DNA of 64,000 bases from Phycisphaerales bacterium (GCA_965227775.1 OZ245777.1:288001-352000), one strand, 5' to 3'. Counted from the stretch's first letter, positions 17,831 to 29,196 are shown. Translations and numbers: made by a program. The notes: generated by a model from the letters alone, not told the origin.

Positions 17831-19609
17831 ATGCGCACGCTCCTGGCCCTGCTCGTGCTCGCCCTCCCCGCGTTCTCGCAAGACGCTCCACCAACCGGCC
17901 AGCCCGCCTTTGACGCCTTTGCGCGCGCCAGGGCCATCGTGTTTGGCCAAGAGCTTCGCGAGACCGAGCTGCCATCAACTTGGGGTGTCGCCGTCACGGT
18001 GCGCGAGGACGGCCGCCGCTTCATCGCCGACGCGTTGGCCTTTGATCGCCCCCGCGCAGCACTCATCGACGCGGTCGCCCGCGAGGTCCGCTCGCCGACC
18101 TCTGACGCCGCCCGCCTCACCGTCGAACTCGCCGGCCGGCCCTCGGCGATCGAAGGCGAGCGCGGCTTGGCCGACGTTGCGCTCGCGATCCGCCCTGGAC
18201 TCGATGCCGTCGCCGTGCGCGCGGGCGATGCGATCGCCGTCGTGTTTCCCGACGCCGCACTCGCCGGCGGCATGCTCCCCAGCGACATGATCGCCGACGC
18301 CCTGCGCGAAGCGTTGGGCGGCGACCTGCCCGCGACCATCGAGCCCGGCCCCGGCGCCTGGACGCGCTACGCCGACGCGGCGCTCCGCCAGGGCGAGATC
18401 GCCGTATACCGCGCTCCCGTCACCGTGCTCGCCCAGCCACCCGACGCGGTTGCCCCCACGCTTGTCTATCGAGGCGGCCGGGTCGTTGGCCTCATGGAGC
18501 TCACGCCATCGGCCCTGGTCGACTGGGCCGGCGACATGGCAAGCCACCTGCAGCGCCGCCGCCACGCCGGTCTCGAGCCCTATGGCCTGACCGGCACGCC
18601 CGACGCGCGCACCGGCCGCACCCTCGCACCGATCGACGAACCTTTCAACCAGGCCCTGGCCGCCCACGCGTTGCTGCGCTACGGCACGTCGACGTGGACG
18701 CCAGAAGATGACGCCGAACGGGCGCGCACCACCGGCCTCGTCCTCCTCCGCCAGCTCGCGCTCGTCACGCCCGTTCGGATCGGCGCCATGGCCGATCTGG
18801 GCGACGAGGCGCCGCTCGAGCCCGAGCCCTGGGCCGACGTGGCCTCGGCAGCCATGGTCCTCGTCGCCATGGAGTCGCTCGAGCCCGACGCGTTCGAGGC
18901 GTACCCCGAGCTGGCCGCCATGCGCGACCGCTGCGCCGCGGTGGTGCGCCCGCGCGTGGGCATCTCCATCACCGGCTCGGCTGTGTTCGATCCGCAGACG
19001 CCCGCGACTGCGTACGCCCTCGTCGCGCGCGCGATGGTGGCGCTCGGCAATTCCGACGTTGCCGAGCGCGACGACGCCGAAATCGGCCGCGCCGCCGCCC
19101 GCGCGATCCTCTCCCGCGTCGAGCCCGAGCTGCTCGTCGCGCAGATGCCCTGGGCCCTCACCGCGCTCGGCCCCGTCCAGCAACTTGCCAGCGCCGACGC
19201 GCTCCAGCAGATGCGCACGCTGGTGTGGGGCCACCAGCTCGAGGGCCCAAGCGTCGAGGGAGACAACCGCGACCTGGAGGGCGGCATCGTCTTCACCCGC
19301 GGCGGCACCCCGCTCCCCACATGGCAGACCGCGCGGGCCGCGTCCGCCATGGGCGCCCTGCTGCTCGACGAGCGCCTGACCACCCCAAACGAGCGGGCCG
19401 GCGAGTTCCTGAAACTGCTCCGAACGCTGCGGTTCCTGCGGCAGCTGACCGTCGATGACGGCCTCGCCCACCTGCTTGCCGACCCAGCCCAGGCAGCCGG
19501 CGGCGTGCGGGCTGCGCCGTGGGATCAACGCCAACCGTCGGTCGCAACCAGCCTCACGCTCCTGGCCGTTTGCGACGCCTTAGACGCGGCCTACCAGCCC
19601 ACTCGCTAG
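17831..19609 (+). CDS. Secreted hypothetical protein (possible AMMECR1-like N-part and helical toroid C-part)
   Basis: Signal peptide MRTLLALLVLALPAFSQ; IRPGLDAV...VFPD; C-terminal LRFLRQL...GGVRAAPWD. Confidence 0.65.
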   Translation: MRTLLALLVLALPAFSQDAPPTGQPAFDAFARARAIVFGQELRETELPSTWGVAVTVREDGRRFIADALAFDRPRAALIDAVAREVRSPTSDAARLTVELAGRPSAIEGERGLADVALAIRPGLDAVAVRAGDAIAVVFPDAALAGGMLPSDMIADALREALGGDLPATIEPGPGAWTRYADAALRQGEIAVYRAPVTVLAQPPDAVAPTLVYRGGRVVGLMELTPSALVDWAGDMASHLQRRRHAGLEPYGLTGTPDARTGRTLAPIDEPFNQALAAHALLRYGTSTWTPEDDAERARTTGLVLLRQLALVTPVRIGAMADLGDEAPLEPEPWADVASAAMVLVAMESLEPDAFEAYPELAAMRDRCAAVVRPRVGISITGSAVFDPQTPATAYALVARAMVALGNSDVAERDDAEIGRAAARAILSRVEPELLVAQMPWALTALGPVQQLASADALQQMRTLVWGHQLEGPSVEGDNRDLEGGIVFTRGGTPLPTWQTARAASAMGALLLDERLTTPNERAGEFLKLLRTLRFLRQLTVDDGLAHLLADPAQAAGGVRAAPWDQRQPSVATSLTLLAVCDALDAAYQPTR

Positions 19610-19722
19610 AGCCAAGATCAGGGGTTTTCGAGCCCGGACCGACCTACAATCTGCTTCGCCAAAATGGCCCGTATGCGGGGCCTTTGTTTGGTGCTCTTTG
19701 ATCGGTTCTGGAGGACTGCCGC

Positions 19723-22473
19723 TTGGCCGACGAGCATGATCAGGCTGGAATTTCGGACGACGGCGACCAGGGCGATTCATCGCAGGCGCCGGTCATCGGC
19801 GGCGGCCGAATCGTCGACCTCGAGATCGACCGCGAACTCCAGGAGAGTTACCTCACCTACGCCATGAGCACCATCATGGACCGGGCCCTGCCCGACGTCC
19901 GCGATGGGCTCAAGCCCAGCCAGCGACGCATCCTCGTCGCGATGAATGACAACAACCTCAAGCCTGGGCGCAAGCACCTCAAGTGCGCCAAGATCGCCGG
20001 CGACACGAGCGGCAACTACCACCCCCACGGCGAGAGCGTCATCTACCCCACCCTTGTCGGCCTTGCCCAGAAGTGGCGCATGCGCGTGCCGCTGATCGAT
20101 CCTCAGGGCAACTTCGGCTCCATCGAGGGCGACCCGCCCGCGGCCATGCGATACACCGAAGCCCGCATGCACCACGCGGCCGTCGACATGCTCCAGGACA
20201 TGGACCTGAGCACGGTCGACATGCAGCCCAACTATGACGACCGCCTGCTCGAGCCGAAGGTCCTGCCGGGCCGCTTTCCGAACCTGCTCGTCAACGGCTC
20301 GCTCGGCATCGCCGTCGGCATGGCGACGAGCATGCCGCCGCACAATCCCAGCGAGATCCTCGACGCCATCACGCGCGTCGTCGACAAGCCCGAGATCGAC
20401 CTCATCGAGCTGATGCAGGACGAGCTAGACGCTGACGGCAACGTCACGCGGCTGGGCGTGAAGGGCCCAGACTTTCCCACCGGCGGCGTCATCGTCGGCC
20501 GGCGCGGCATCGGCGAGGCGTACGCAAACGGTCGCGGCAAGGTTTACCTGCGCGGCGTGTGCCACGTCGAGGAACTGAACAAGGACCGCCAGCAGCTCGT
20601 CATCGACGAGATTCCCTACAACCTCAGCCAGCGCAACCTGGTGGAGAAGATCGTCGAGGCCGTCCAAGACGAGCGCATCAAGGACATCAGCGACATCCGC
20701 AACGAGAGTGGCCGCCAGGCCATGACCCGCGTGGTCATTGAGCTCAAGCGCGGCGCCGACCCGGCCGTGGTCGAGAACCAGCTGTACCAGTTCACACCGC
20801 TGCAGCAGACGTTCAGCATCATCAACATCGCGCTGGTCGGCCGGCGCCCGGTCACGCTCGGGCTCAAGGAGCTCATCGAGCACTACATCGACCACCGTGT
20901 CGAGGTCATCCGCCGCCGCACCGAGCACCTGCTGCGCGAGGCCCGGCGCAAGGCCCACCTTCTCGAGGGCCAGATCTACGCCGTCATCGACATCGACGAG
21001 ATCGTCAAGCTCATCCGCGGCAGCTCGACGCGCGAGGAAGCGATCCAGAAGCTCATGGATCGCCGCTACCGAATCCCGCCCGAGCACCCGGCCGCCAAGC
21101 AGATCCCACAGCGCCTGCTCGACCACGTGGCGAAGTTCGACGATCTCGGCGGCGTCGCACTCACGCGTCACCAGGCCGAGCAGATCGGCTCGATGCGCCT
21201 CATCCAGTTGGTGGGGCTCGAGATCGAGCGCCTCGTCGACGAGTACACCAAGCTGGTCGGCGAGATCGAAGACTACGAGGAGATCCTCGCCAGCCGCCCG
21301 CGCGTGCTGCAGATCATCCGCGAGGACTGCGAGGCCATGAAGGCCCGCTACGGCGACGACCGCCGCACCGCCATCGAAGACGCCGTGGGCGAGATCGACA
21401 TGGAGTCGCTCATCCGTGAGCACGACGTGGTGGTCACCATCAGCCGCGGCGGCTACGCCAAGCGTGTACCCGCCGAGACCTACCGCGCTCAGGCGCGCGG
21501 CGGCAAGGGCATCCGCGCCGGCACAAGCAAGGATGAGGACTTCGTCCAACACCTGTTCGTCGCAAGCACGCACGACCACCTGCTGTGCTTCACCAACACG
21601 GGCCGCGTTTTCAAGATGAAAGTCTACGAGCTGCCCGAGATGGCCCGCACCGCCAAGGGCCGTGCAATCGTCAACCTGCTCGACCTGAAGGAAGGCGAGA
21701 AGGTCTGGGCCTTCCTGACCATCAAGGACTTCGAGGCCAACAGCCAGTTCCTGACGTTCGCAACGCGTGGCGGCATCGTGAAGCGCACGCCCTTGCGGGC
21801 CTACCGCAACGTCAATCGATCGGGCCTCATCGCCGTGGGGCTGAAGGAGGGCGACGAGCTCTACGACGTCGCACTGACCAACGGCAACGACGACATCCTG
21901 CTGGTCACGAGCAACGGCATGGCCATCCGATTCGCCGAAGACGACGTCCGCGTCATGGGCCGCTCGGCCGCCGGCGTGAAGGGCATCGACCTCGGCGAGA
22001 GCGCACGGGTCATCGGTCTGGTTGCCATCCCGATGGTCGAAGACGACGACGGCGATCTCATGACCGCGCCGGAGGCAACCGAGCGCAACCTCTGCCTGCT
22101 CACCGTGACCGAGACCGGCTACGGCAAGCGAACGCCTGTCGACGAGTACCGCGTCCAGCCCGAGACCGGCAAGCCCCGCAGCCAGAGCCGCGGCGGCAAG
22201 GGACGACGCGACATCGCCACCGGAGACCGCAACGGTGACGCCGTCACCGCCGTCGGGCTCTTCGACGGCGAAGAGATCATGGTCATCTCCCGCAGTGGCC
22301 AGCTTGTGCGCATGGCCGGCGAGAGCATCCGCGAGACCAACCGCGGCACGAAGGGCGTCCGCGTCGTCAAGCTCAACGCCGGCGACGATGTCATCGCCGT
22401 CGCGCCGGTGGCCGAGAGTGACGCCGAAGTGTCCGCCGAGTCGTCGGACGAAGGAGACGGGGCCGAGTCATGA
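19723..22473 (+). CDS. gyrA: DNA gyrase subunit A
   Basis: [31 protein letters not shown] catalytic Tyr, GyrA-box QARGGKG, C-terminal blades; TTG start with GGAGG SD. Confidence 0.97.
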   Translation: MADEHDQAGISDDGDQGDSSQAPVIGGGRIVDLEIDRELQESYLTYAMSTIMDRALPDVRDGLKPSQRRILVAMNDNNLKPGRKHLKCAKIAGDTSGNYHPHGESVIYPTLVGLAQKWRMRVPLIDPQGNFGSIEGDPPAAMRYTEARMHHAAVDMLQDMDLSTVDMQPNYDDRLLEPKVLPGRFPNLLVNGSLGIAVGMATSMPPHNPSEILDAITRVVDKPEIDLIELMQDELDADGNVTRLGVKGPDFPTGGVIVGRRGIGEAYANGRGKVYLRGVCHVEELNKDRQQLVIDEIPYNLSQRNLVEKIVEAVQDERIKDISDIRNESGRQAMTRVVIELKRGADPAVVENQLYQFTPLQQTFSIINIALVGRRPVTLGLKELIEHYIDHRVEVIRRRTEHLLREARRKAHLLEGQIYAVIDIDEIVKLIRGSSTREEAIQKLMDRRYRIPPEHPAAKQIPQRLLDHVAKFDDLGGVALTRHQAEQIGSMRLIQLVGLEIERLVDEYTKLVGEIEDYEEILASRPRVLQIIREDCEAMKARYGDDRRTAIEDAVGEIDMESLIREHDVVVTISRGGYAKRVPAETYRAQARGGKGIRAGTSKDEDFVQHLFVASTHDHLLCFTNTGRVFKMKVYELPEMARTAKGRAIVNLLDLKEGEKVWAFLTIKDFEANSQFLTFATRGGIVKRTPLRAYRNVNRSGLIAVGLKEGDELYDVALTNGNDDILLVTSNGMAIRFAEDDVRVMGRSAAGVKGIDLGESARVIGLVAIPMVEDDDGDLMTAPEATERNLCLLTVTETGYGKRTPVDEYRVQPETGKPRSQSRGGKGRRDIATGDRNGDAVTAVGLFDGEEIMVISRSGQLVRMAGESIRETNRGTKGVRVVKLNAGDDVIAVAPVAESDAEVSAESSDEGDGAES

Positions 22474-22832
22474 CCACCGATTGGTCGGACGACATCGTGC
22501 TGGCCAATCTGGCAGACGAGCCCGCGCTCAGCGACGAGCTTGGTACCATCCTCGTGCGCATCAATGGGCTCGAGGGCTCAGACGCGATGCCGAACGTCGT
22601 GCTCGATTTCTCGAACGTCACCTACATCAACAGCTCCAACATCGCCCAGCTGCTGCAGCTGCGCCAGGCGCTCGAGCCGGCCCGCCGCCACCTCCGCCTC
22701 GTCAGCGTGGGGGGAGACGTGCTCGAAGTCATGCGCACCACGGGCCTCGATCGCGTGCTGCAGTTCTCGCCCGACATGCTCACCGCGCTCGCGAGCGTGC
22801 AGATGGACGGATCGACGGGCGACCAGACCTAG
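22470..22832 (+). CDS. STAS domain / anti-sigma factor antagonist
   Basis: VVLDFSNVTYINSS motif, V..VMRTTGLDRV. Confidence 0.88.
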   Translation: MTTDWSDDIVLANLADEPALSDELGTILVRINGLEGSDAMPNVVLDFSNVTYINSSNIAQLLQLRQALEPARRHLRLVSVGGDVLEVMRTTGLDRVLQFSPDMLTALASVQMDGSTGDQT

Positions 22833-22866
22833 GGCTACCCAAGAACAACACGACGGAGATCACGGC

Positions 22867-23820
22867 ATGAAGCTCCTCCTCAAGATCCTCGCCATCGCGA
22901 TCGTGCCGCTCATCGGCCTCCTCGTCCTGGCCATCGTGCTGGCGTGGGTCTACGTCGACAGCCTGGCCGAGCGCGGCGTCGAGCGTGGCGCGACGTACGC
23001 CCTCGACGTCGACACCCAGCTCGACTCGGCAGACATTGGCATCACCAGCGGCAGCGTCGAGCTCTCGGGCCTCTCGGTCGACAATCCCGAAGGGTTCGAT
23101 GCCGATCACTTCCTGACGCTCAGCAACGCCAGCATGAGCGTGTCGCTCAACTCGCTTATGGAAGACACCGTCGAGGTGCCCAGCCTCGTCCTCAGCGGCA
23201 TCGAGCTGCGACTCGAGCGCACCACCGAGGGCGCGAACTACCGCGTCATCATGGACAACCTCGGTCGCTTCGAGGGCGGCGAGCAGAAGGCCCCCGATCC
23301 CGACGCGAAGAAGTTCGTCATCCGCACCATCGCCGTCCGCGACGTCACCATCCACGCCGACGTGGTGCCCATCGGCGGGGCAATCGGCGACCTGACCAGC
23401 GCCAAGCTCTCTGTCGACGAGGTCGTGCTTCGCGACGTCGGCTCGGGTGGCGAGCCGATGTCGATCGCCGAGATCACCACCGTCGTGCTCAAGGCCATCC
23501 TCGCCTCGGCCATCGAGGTCGGCGGCGGCGTCATCCCCGAAGACGTGCTGGGCGAGTTGAGCGATCAGCTCGGCTCGCTGCTCGATCTGGGCGAGATGGG
23601 CGTCGGCACGATCGAAGGCCTCGGCGAAGCAGCGGCCGACCTGCTGGGTGTCGACGTGGACGCGGCCGTCGGCGACGCGGCGGACACCGTGGGTGAGGCG
23701 ATCGAGGGCACGGGCGAAGCCATCCAGGAAGAGGCCGAGCGCGCCCGCGAACGCCTCGGCGGCCTGCTGCCCGGCCAGAAGAAGCAAGAGCCCGAAGAGC
23801 AGCCAAGGGACCCGGGCTGA
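22867..23820 (+). CDS. AsmA-like / DUF748-type membrane-anchored protein
   Basis: N-terminal TM, LSGLSVDNPEGF, beta-rich middle region. Confidence 0.7.
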   Translation: MKLLLKILAIAIVPLIGLLVLAIVLAWVYVDSLAERGVERGATYALDVDTQLDSADIGITSGSVELSGLSVDNPEGFDADHFLTLSNASMSVSLNSLMEDTVEVPSLVLSGIELRLERTTEGANYRVIMDNLGRFEGGEQKAPDPDAKKFVIRTIAVRDVTIHADVVPIGGAIGDLTSAKLSVDEVVLRDVGSGGEPMSIAEITTVVLKAILASAIEVGGGVIPEDVLGELSDQLGSLLDLGEMGVGTIEGLGEAAADLLGVDVDAAVGDAADTVGEAIEGTGEAIQEEAERARERLGGLLPGQKKQEPEEQPRDPG

Positions 23821-23829
23821 TCCGTCTGC

Positions 23830-24933
23830 CTACCTCGGCTGAGACTTGAACTCGCGCTGGTCGGCCAACCGGTCCGCCAGCTTCGAAGCGCCGGCGTGGC
23901 CCGCTTCCTTCGCACGCCTGGCGTACGCCAGCGCCGTCGGTCGGTCCTCGGCGCGATCCAGCCACACGGCCGCCTCGAACGCAAGCTCGGGGTCCTTGGG
24001 CTTCGCGTCCGACGCCGCGCGGTAGAGCTGCGCTGCTTCGATCGGCTGCCGAAGCATGCCGTAGCACTCGCCAGCAAGCCGCAGCACGGGTTTGGTCTGC
24101 ATCGCGCCCGGCGAGAGCGAGTTGATGACCACCACCGCCTTCGAGGCGTCGCCCATGCGCTTGAGCGCCCGGGCCTGGATGATCTTCCACGCGTCGCTCT
24201 CGGGGTCGTGGTGCCGCGCCCGGCCCGCGTGCTGCATCGCCATCTCGGCCTTGTTCTCGCGCAGCGCGATCTCGGCCAGCATGCCCCAGATGCGCGGGTC
24301 ATCGGGCGACGCATGCCGCGCCCGAGCCAGCGCCGCGGTCGCCGGGGCGTAGTTGCCCGCTTCCAATTCGGCCTGCCCCAGGAAGAGCGCGTACTGCGGA
24401 TTCGACGGCTCGGACTCGTGCGCCAACCGGAGGTGGGCGATCGCCTCGGTCTGCCGCCCGAGGCGCGAGGCCAGCGTGCCCGCCGCGAAGTGCAGCTGCG
24501 GATCGGTCCGGCCCAGCGTGATGGCCTGGGAGAACTGGTCGTACGCCGCCTCGTCGTCCTCGATCGCCAGGTACGCCTGTGCGAGCGCGACTCGTAGCTC
24601 GCGATCGCGGTCGGCGCGGGCCACCATCGGTTCGAGCACGGCAAGCGCCATCGAGGGCTCTCCGTCTGCGATGTACGTCTGGGCCTGCTCCAATGCGACC
24701 GTGATGTCCGCCGACTTGGGAGGGCTGCCCATGGACGCCGCGGCGGCCGAACTCGGCGACGGCTTGGCCCCTTGCCAGAAAATGGCCAGCGCCACGACCA
24801 GCCCGATCGAGAGCACCCCCACCGCAAGCGTGCCGACGCCCAGCCCCTTGCGGGGCGGCTCCTCGGACTCGTATCCGGGGAATCGAGATGGCAGCCGGTC
24901 CAGGGCGAGCCTGGCCTCTTCACGCGGTGTCAT
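23830..24933 (-). CDS. Membrane-anchored tetratricopeptide repeat protein
   Basis: Single TM followed by multiple TPR-like helix pairs (LAQAYL, LGQAEL, A..A...P). Confidence 0.85.
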   Translation of the reverse strand: MTPREEARLALDRLPSRFPGYESEEPPRKGLGVGTLAVGVLSIGLVVALAIFWQGAKPSPSSAAAASMGSPPKSADITVALEQAQTYIADGEPSMALAVLEPMVARADRDRELRVALAQAYLAIEDDEAAYDQFSQAITLGRTDPQLHFAAGTLASRLGRQTEAIAHLRLAHESEPSNPQYALFLGQAELEAGNYAPATAALARARHASPDDPRIWGMLAEIALRENKAEMAMQHAGRARHHDPESDAWKIIQARALKRMGDASKAVVVINSLSPGAMQTKPVLRLAGECYGMLRQPIEAAQLYRAASDAKPKDPELAFEAAVWLDRAEDRPTALAYARRAKEAGHAGASKLADRLADQREFKSQPR

Positions 24934-25021
24934 TACTCACAACTATCGGCTTGCTACACTCGCTTTTCATCCCCTCCAGCCCGGATAACTGCCGGCAGAC
25001 CAACGCCCGGCCCCTTCGACC

Positions 25022-28000
25022 ATGCCCGAACTACCCAAGCAGTACGACCCGAAAACCGCCGAGGCCAACGCCTGGCGCCGATGGGACGACGCCGACGCAT
25101 TCTCGGCCGACCCGAGGGCCGTCTTGCGCGGCGACCGCAAGCCCTACGCCGTCGTCATCCCCCCGCCAAACGTCACCGCCCGCCTGCACCTTGGCCACGC
25201 CCTGAACACCACCGTGCAGGACGCCCTGGTCCGCGCCCACCGCATGAAGGGCTTCGAGACGCTGTGGATGCCCGGCACCGACCACGCGGGCATCGCCACC
25301 CAGACGGTCGTCGAACGCCGCCTCATGGCAGAGCAGGGCAAGCGGCGGACCGACTTCGCCCGCGACGAGTTCGTCGCCCATGTCCAGGCCTTCAAGGACG
25401 ACTTCGAGGCCCAGATCACCGAGCAGTTCAAGGCCATGGGCGCCTCGTGCGACTGGGCACGCCAGCGATTCACCATGGACGAGACCTGCGCCCGCGCCGT
25501 CCGCGAGGCGTTCTTCGTGCTCTTCCGCGACGGCCTGATTTATCGGGGCAAGCGGCTCGTCAATTGGGACCCCGTCACCGGCACCGCCCTGGCCGACGAC
25601 GAGGTCGACATGGTCGAGGTCGACGGCACGTTCACCTACATGCGCTACCCCCTCGTGCACGCACCCAAGAACGAGGACGACCCCCGAGACACCGAGCCGG
25701 TGACTTGGAGCGAGCTCGCCGCCCGCGGCTACCCATCCGAGCACATCGAGGGCGAAGACGAAGAGCCCGCTTATCTCACCGTCGCCACGACGCGCCCGGA
25801 GACGTACGTCGGCGACACCGGCGTGGCGATCAATCCCAAGGACGAACGCGCCAAGGCCCTCCACGGCCTGCGCGCCCAGCTCCCCATCGTCGGCCGCGTC
25901 GTGCCGATCGTCGAGGACGACTACGTCGTACTGCCCGACCCCGAGAGCGACGATGCCAAGGCGAGGATGGCCACCGGCTTCCTCAAGGTCACACCGGCCC
26001 ACGACCCCAACGACTACGAGATCGGCCGCCGCCATCACCTGCCGATCATCAATGTCATGGCACCCGATGCCAGCATCAGCGCCGACTTCGGCTGGGCCGA
26101 GGCCGACCCCGACGGCGCCCGCGATGCGCACATATTCATGGGCAAGCCGCGCGAAGAGGCACGCAAGCTCGTGCAGCGCGAGTTCGAGGCCCGCGGCCTG
26201 CTCCAGGGCATCAAGCCCCATCGCCACAGCGTCGGACACAGCTACCGCAGCCACGCCGCCATCGAGCCCTACTTCACCGACCAGTGGTACGTCCGCGTCA
26301 CCGACGACAAGCTCCGCGGCAGCGCCCAGCGCGCCCTGCACCGCACGCAGCGCGAGAGCGAGGGCTTCAAGCCGCGCACCGGCGTCAAGAGCGACTCGAC
26401 CCTGAAGGTCTATCCGGCCCGCTACGCCAAGACCTACGAGCAGTGGCACGACAACCTGCGCGACTGGTGCATCAGCCGCCAGCTCTGGTGGGGCCATCGA
26501 ATCCCCGTGTGGAGCAAGGCCTTCGGTACGTTCACCAACTTCATCGGCGAGGAAGACAGCAAGCAGGACAAGCTCGTCAACCTCATGATGAGCCTGCGCG
26601 ACCACGATCCTTCGACTCCGATCGTCTACCGCCTCGTCAGCGCGAGCGATATGGGTGTGCCGCTGCGAGACCCCGCCGAGATCCAGGAGTGCGACGACTT
26701 GGTCTGCCTCGTGTGCGTGCGGCGGCCCGGCGCCTTCGAGACCGAAAAGTACGGCACCATCGAGTTCGAAAGCCTGCTCGAAGAAGCCGGCTTCGCGCGA
26801 GATCCAGACGTACTCGACACGTGGTTCAGCAGCGCACTCTGGCCGATCTCCACCATGGGCTGGCCCGAGCCGGCGATCGCCGGCGAAGAGTTCGACGGCT
26901 TGCTCGATGCGTTCAACCCCACGAACGTGCTCTGCACCGCGCGCGAGATCATCACGCTCTGGGTCAGCCGGATGGTGATGTTCAATCGCTACTTCCTGGT
27001 AAACCAGCAGCAAGATCAGCAGCAGGAGCCGGGCACCGGGGTCGTGCCGTTCAAGGACGTCTTCATCCATGCGATGATCCAGGACGGCCAGGGCCGCAAG
27101 ATGAGCAAGAGCCTGCGCAACGGTGTCGATCCGATGGACATCATCGACAGCCACGGCGCCGACGCCATGCGCTTCACGCTCGCGCACATGACGACACACA
27201 CCCAGGACGTGCGCATGCCAGTCGAGGCCGACCCCAAGACCGGCCGCAACACGAGCCCAAAGTTCGACATGGGTCGCAACGTGTGCAACAAGCTCTGGAA
27301 CGCCTCCCGCCTCGTGCTGGGCATCCTCGACCAGTGCGATCCACCACCGGCGAACATTGCCACCGATGACCTACGCGTGCTCGACGCCTGGATGCTCGCG
27401 CGCGTCGGCCAGGCTCTCCAGGAGGTCGACGAGGCCCTCGCCGGATACAACTTCCACGCATACGCCGAGGCGTTCTACAACCTGTTCTGGCGGGACTTCT
27501 GTGATTGGTACCTCGAGGCGATCAAGCCAACCGTGCGCGAAGATGCAAACCAGCGCGGCGTCATGCGCGTGGTCCTCGAAGCCGTCCTCCGCGTGGCCCA
27601 CCCCGTGATGCCCTTCATTACCGAGTCCATCGGCGAGCAACTCGGCCAGCACCCGTTGCCCAACCTCGACGGCCTCTCGATGGGTGATGCCCGCGCGTCG
27701 GGCGTGCTCGCGACCGCCGCGTGGCCCACGGCCGGCGAATCGATCCGCAACGCCGACGCCATCGCGCTGTTCGAACGCGCCCGCGGCCTGGTCACGGCCA
27801 TCCGCGAAGTCCGCGCCAAGCACAACGTCAAGCCCCGACGCATGGTGACGCTGCACGCACCGAGCGAGCTTGCCGGCTCGATCGCAGAAGTCGCCGGCCT
27901 CGTGCGCACGCTCGCCGAACTCGACGCCATCACGACCGACGCGGCCGAGGGCGAGGCCGCGACATTCACCTGCGACGGGTGGGAGCTGCGGCTCTCGAAC

Positions 28001-28216
28001 CTGGCCGACGAGGTCGACGCCGGCGCCGAACGCGAGAGGCTCGAACGAGAGATCGCCGAGCTCGATGGCTCGCGCAAGACGCTCGAGGGTCGCCTGAGCA
28101 ACCCTGGCTATACCGAGAAAGCGCCCGCGAAGCTCGTCGAGCAGTCGCGCGCCCAGCTCGACCGCGTGAAGCAGGACCTCGCCACCGCCCAGCAAGCGCT
28201 GGAGCGATTGAGCTGA
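25022..28216 (+). CDS. valS: Valine--tRNA ligase
   Basis: PPPNVT..LHLGH, PGTDHAGIATQ, DWCISRQLWWGHRIP, DVLDTWFSS, KMSKS, C-terminal coiled coil. Confidence 0.98.
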   Translation: MPELPKQYDPKTAEANAWRRWDDADAFSADPRAVLRGDRKPYAVVIPPPNVTARLHLGHALNTTVQDALVRAHRMKGFETLWMPGTDHAGIATQTVVERRLMAEQGKRRTDFARDEFVAHVQAFKDDFEAQITEQFKAMGASCDWARQRFTMDETCARAVREAFFVLFRDGLIYRGKRLVNWDPVTGTALADDEVDMVEVDGTFTYMRYPLVHAPKNEDDPRDTEPVTWSELAARGYPSEHIEGEDEEPAYLTVATTRPETYVGDTGVAINPKDERAKALHGLRAQLPIVGRVVPIVEDDYVVLPDPESDDAKARMATGFLKVTPAHDPNDYEIGRRHHLPIINVMAPDASISADFGWAEADPDGARDAHIFMGKPREEARKLVQREFEARGLLQGIKPHRHSVGHSYRSHAAIEPYFTDQWYVRVTDDKLRGSAQRALHRTQRESEGFKPRTGVKSDSTLKVYPARYAKTYEQWHDNLRDWCISRQLWWGHRIPVWSKAFGTFTNFIGEEDSKQDKLVNLMMSLRDHDPSTPIVYRLVSASDMGVPLRDPAEIQECDDLVCLVCVRRPGAFETEKYGTIEFESLLEEAGFARDPDVLDTWFSSALWPISTMGWPEPAIAGEEFDGLLDAFNPTNVLCTAREIITLWVSRMVMFNRYFLVNQQQDQQQEPGTGVVPFKDVFIHAMIQDGQGRKMSKSLRNGVDPMDIIDSHGADAMRFTLAHMTTHTQDVRMPVEADPKTGRNTSPKFDMGRNVCNKLWNASRLVLGILDQCDPPPANIATDDLRVLDAWMLARVGQALQEVDEALAGYNFHAYAEAFYNLFWRDFCDWYLEAIKPTVREDANQRGVMRVVLEAVLRVAHPVMPFITESIGEQLGQHPLPNLDGLSMGDARASGVLATAAWPTAGESIRNADAIALFERARGLVTAIREVRAKHNVKPRRMVTLHAPSELAGSIAEVAGLVRTLAELDAITTDAAEGEAATFTCDGWELRLSNLADEVDAGAERERLEREIAELDGSRKTLEGRLSNPGYTEKAPAKLVEQSRAQLDRVKQDLATAQQALERLS

Positions 28217-29196
28217 GGCGCGCCCTCCCGCTGTTGCTGCTTGTTGTCTCGCTGCTCGCCGGCTGCGCGAGCGATCCTGTCGGCCCCGACGGCGTGCAAC
28301 GCCGCGAGCCCTGGCCCTACATGCAGCGCCAGGGCGAGCAGATCACCACCAAAAACTACGTAATCCTCACTACCGCCCAGGATCGACCGATCGCACGTGA
28401 GCTTCCGGCATTCCTCGAGGCATCGCTCGCGCGCCACCGTACCTTCGCCGGCTCAAATCTGCGAGGCCCCGCGCTCCCGGGGCCGCCCGGCCGCATGCAG
28501 GTGTTCCTGTTCGCCGACCGGGACGAGTGGGCCGACTTCACCCGCGCGACGATCGACGCGAGCGCCGACCCATTGCTCGCCATCGAGATCGGCGGCTACG
28601 CCTCTGGCGGCCGCGCGTTCCTGTTCGCGCTCGAACCATCCCGCAACGACCTGACGCTGAAGATCGCCGCCCACGAGGGCTGGCACCAGTACGTGCAGCG
28701 AAGCTTCCGAGAACCGCTGCCGACGTGGGCCGACGAGATGATTGCTGTGATGGCCGAGGGATTCGTCGTCAACGACGCGGGCGACTACGTCTTTGAGCCC
28801 CTCGCAAACCCAGAGCGATGGTCGCAGCTGAGCTCCATCGCGCAGGCGAATCGCTGGCAGCCGCTCGAAGACCTGCTCACCGGCAATCCCACCGATCTCC
28901 TCGGCGAGAGCCCCATGCGCGCCGTGGACTACTACGCGCAGCTCTGGGCGTTGGGCCTCTACATGGCAACCGATCAGAATCGCTGGGCCGGCATCGAGCG
29001 ACTCCTCCGCGACGCCGCATACGGCAGGCTGTTCCGCGAACTTGGCAGGCCCGAAGGCGCACGCCTCGGCACGCTCGCGTTCCGTCGATATGTTGCAGGC
29101 GACATCGAGTCTTTCGACGCCGACTACCGCGCGTTCGCCAACGCACTCGTCGATGAGGCATCGGCCGACTCGCGATCGGGCTCGACACCCAAATAG
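28213..29196 (+). CDS. Lipoprotein with HExxH zincin motif (DUF1570/peptidase MA-like)
   Basis: Lipobox LLAGC; AHEGWHQY, PTWADE, YYAQLWAL; start probably non-canonical (CTG 28213). Confidence 0.75.
   Translation: MRRALPLLLLVVSLLAGCASDPVGPDGVQRREPWPYMQRQGEQITTKNYVILTTAQDRPIARELPAFLEASLARHRTFAGSNLRGPALPGPPGRMQVFLFADRDEWADFTRATIDASADPLLAIEIGGYASGGRAFLFALEPSRNDLTLKIAAHEGWHQYVQRSFREPLPTWADEMIAVMAEGFVVNDAGDYVFEPLANPERWSQLSSIAQANRWQPLEDLLTGNPTDLLGESPMRAVDYYAQLWALGLYMATDQNRWAGIERLLRDAAYGRLFRELGRPEGARLGTLAFRRYVAGDIESFDADYRAFANALVDEASADSRSGSTPK

Noticed and set aside
22140..22210. Second GyrA-box-like QSRGGKG in GyrA
   Set aside because: Degenerate GyrA-box copies in other C-terminal blades are common; only a short insertion is unusual
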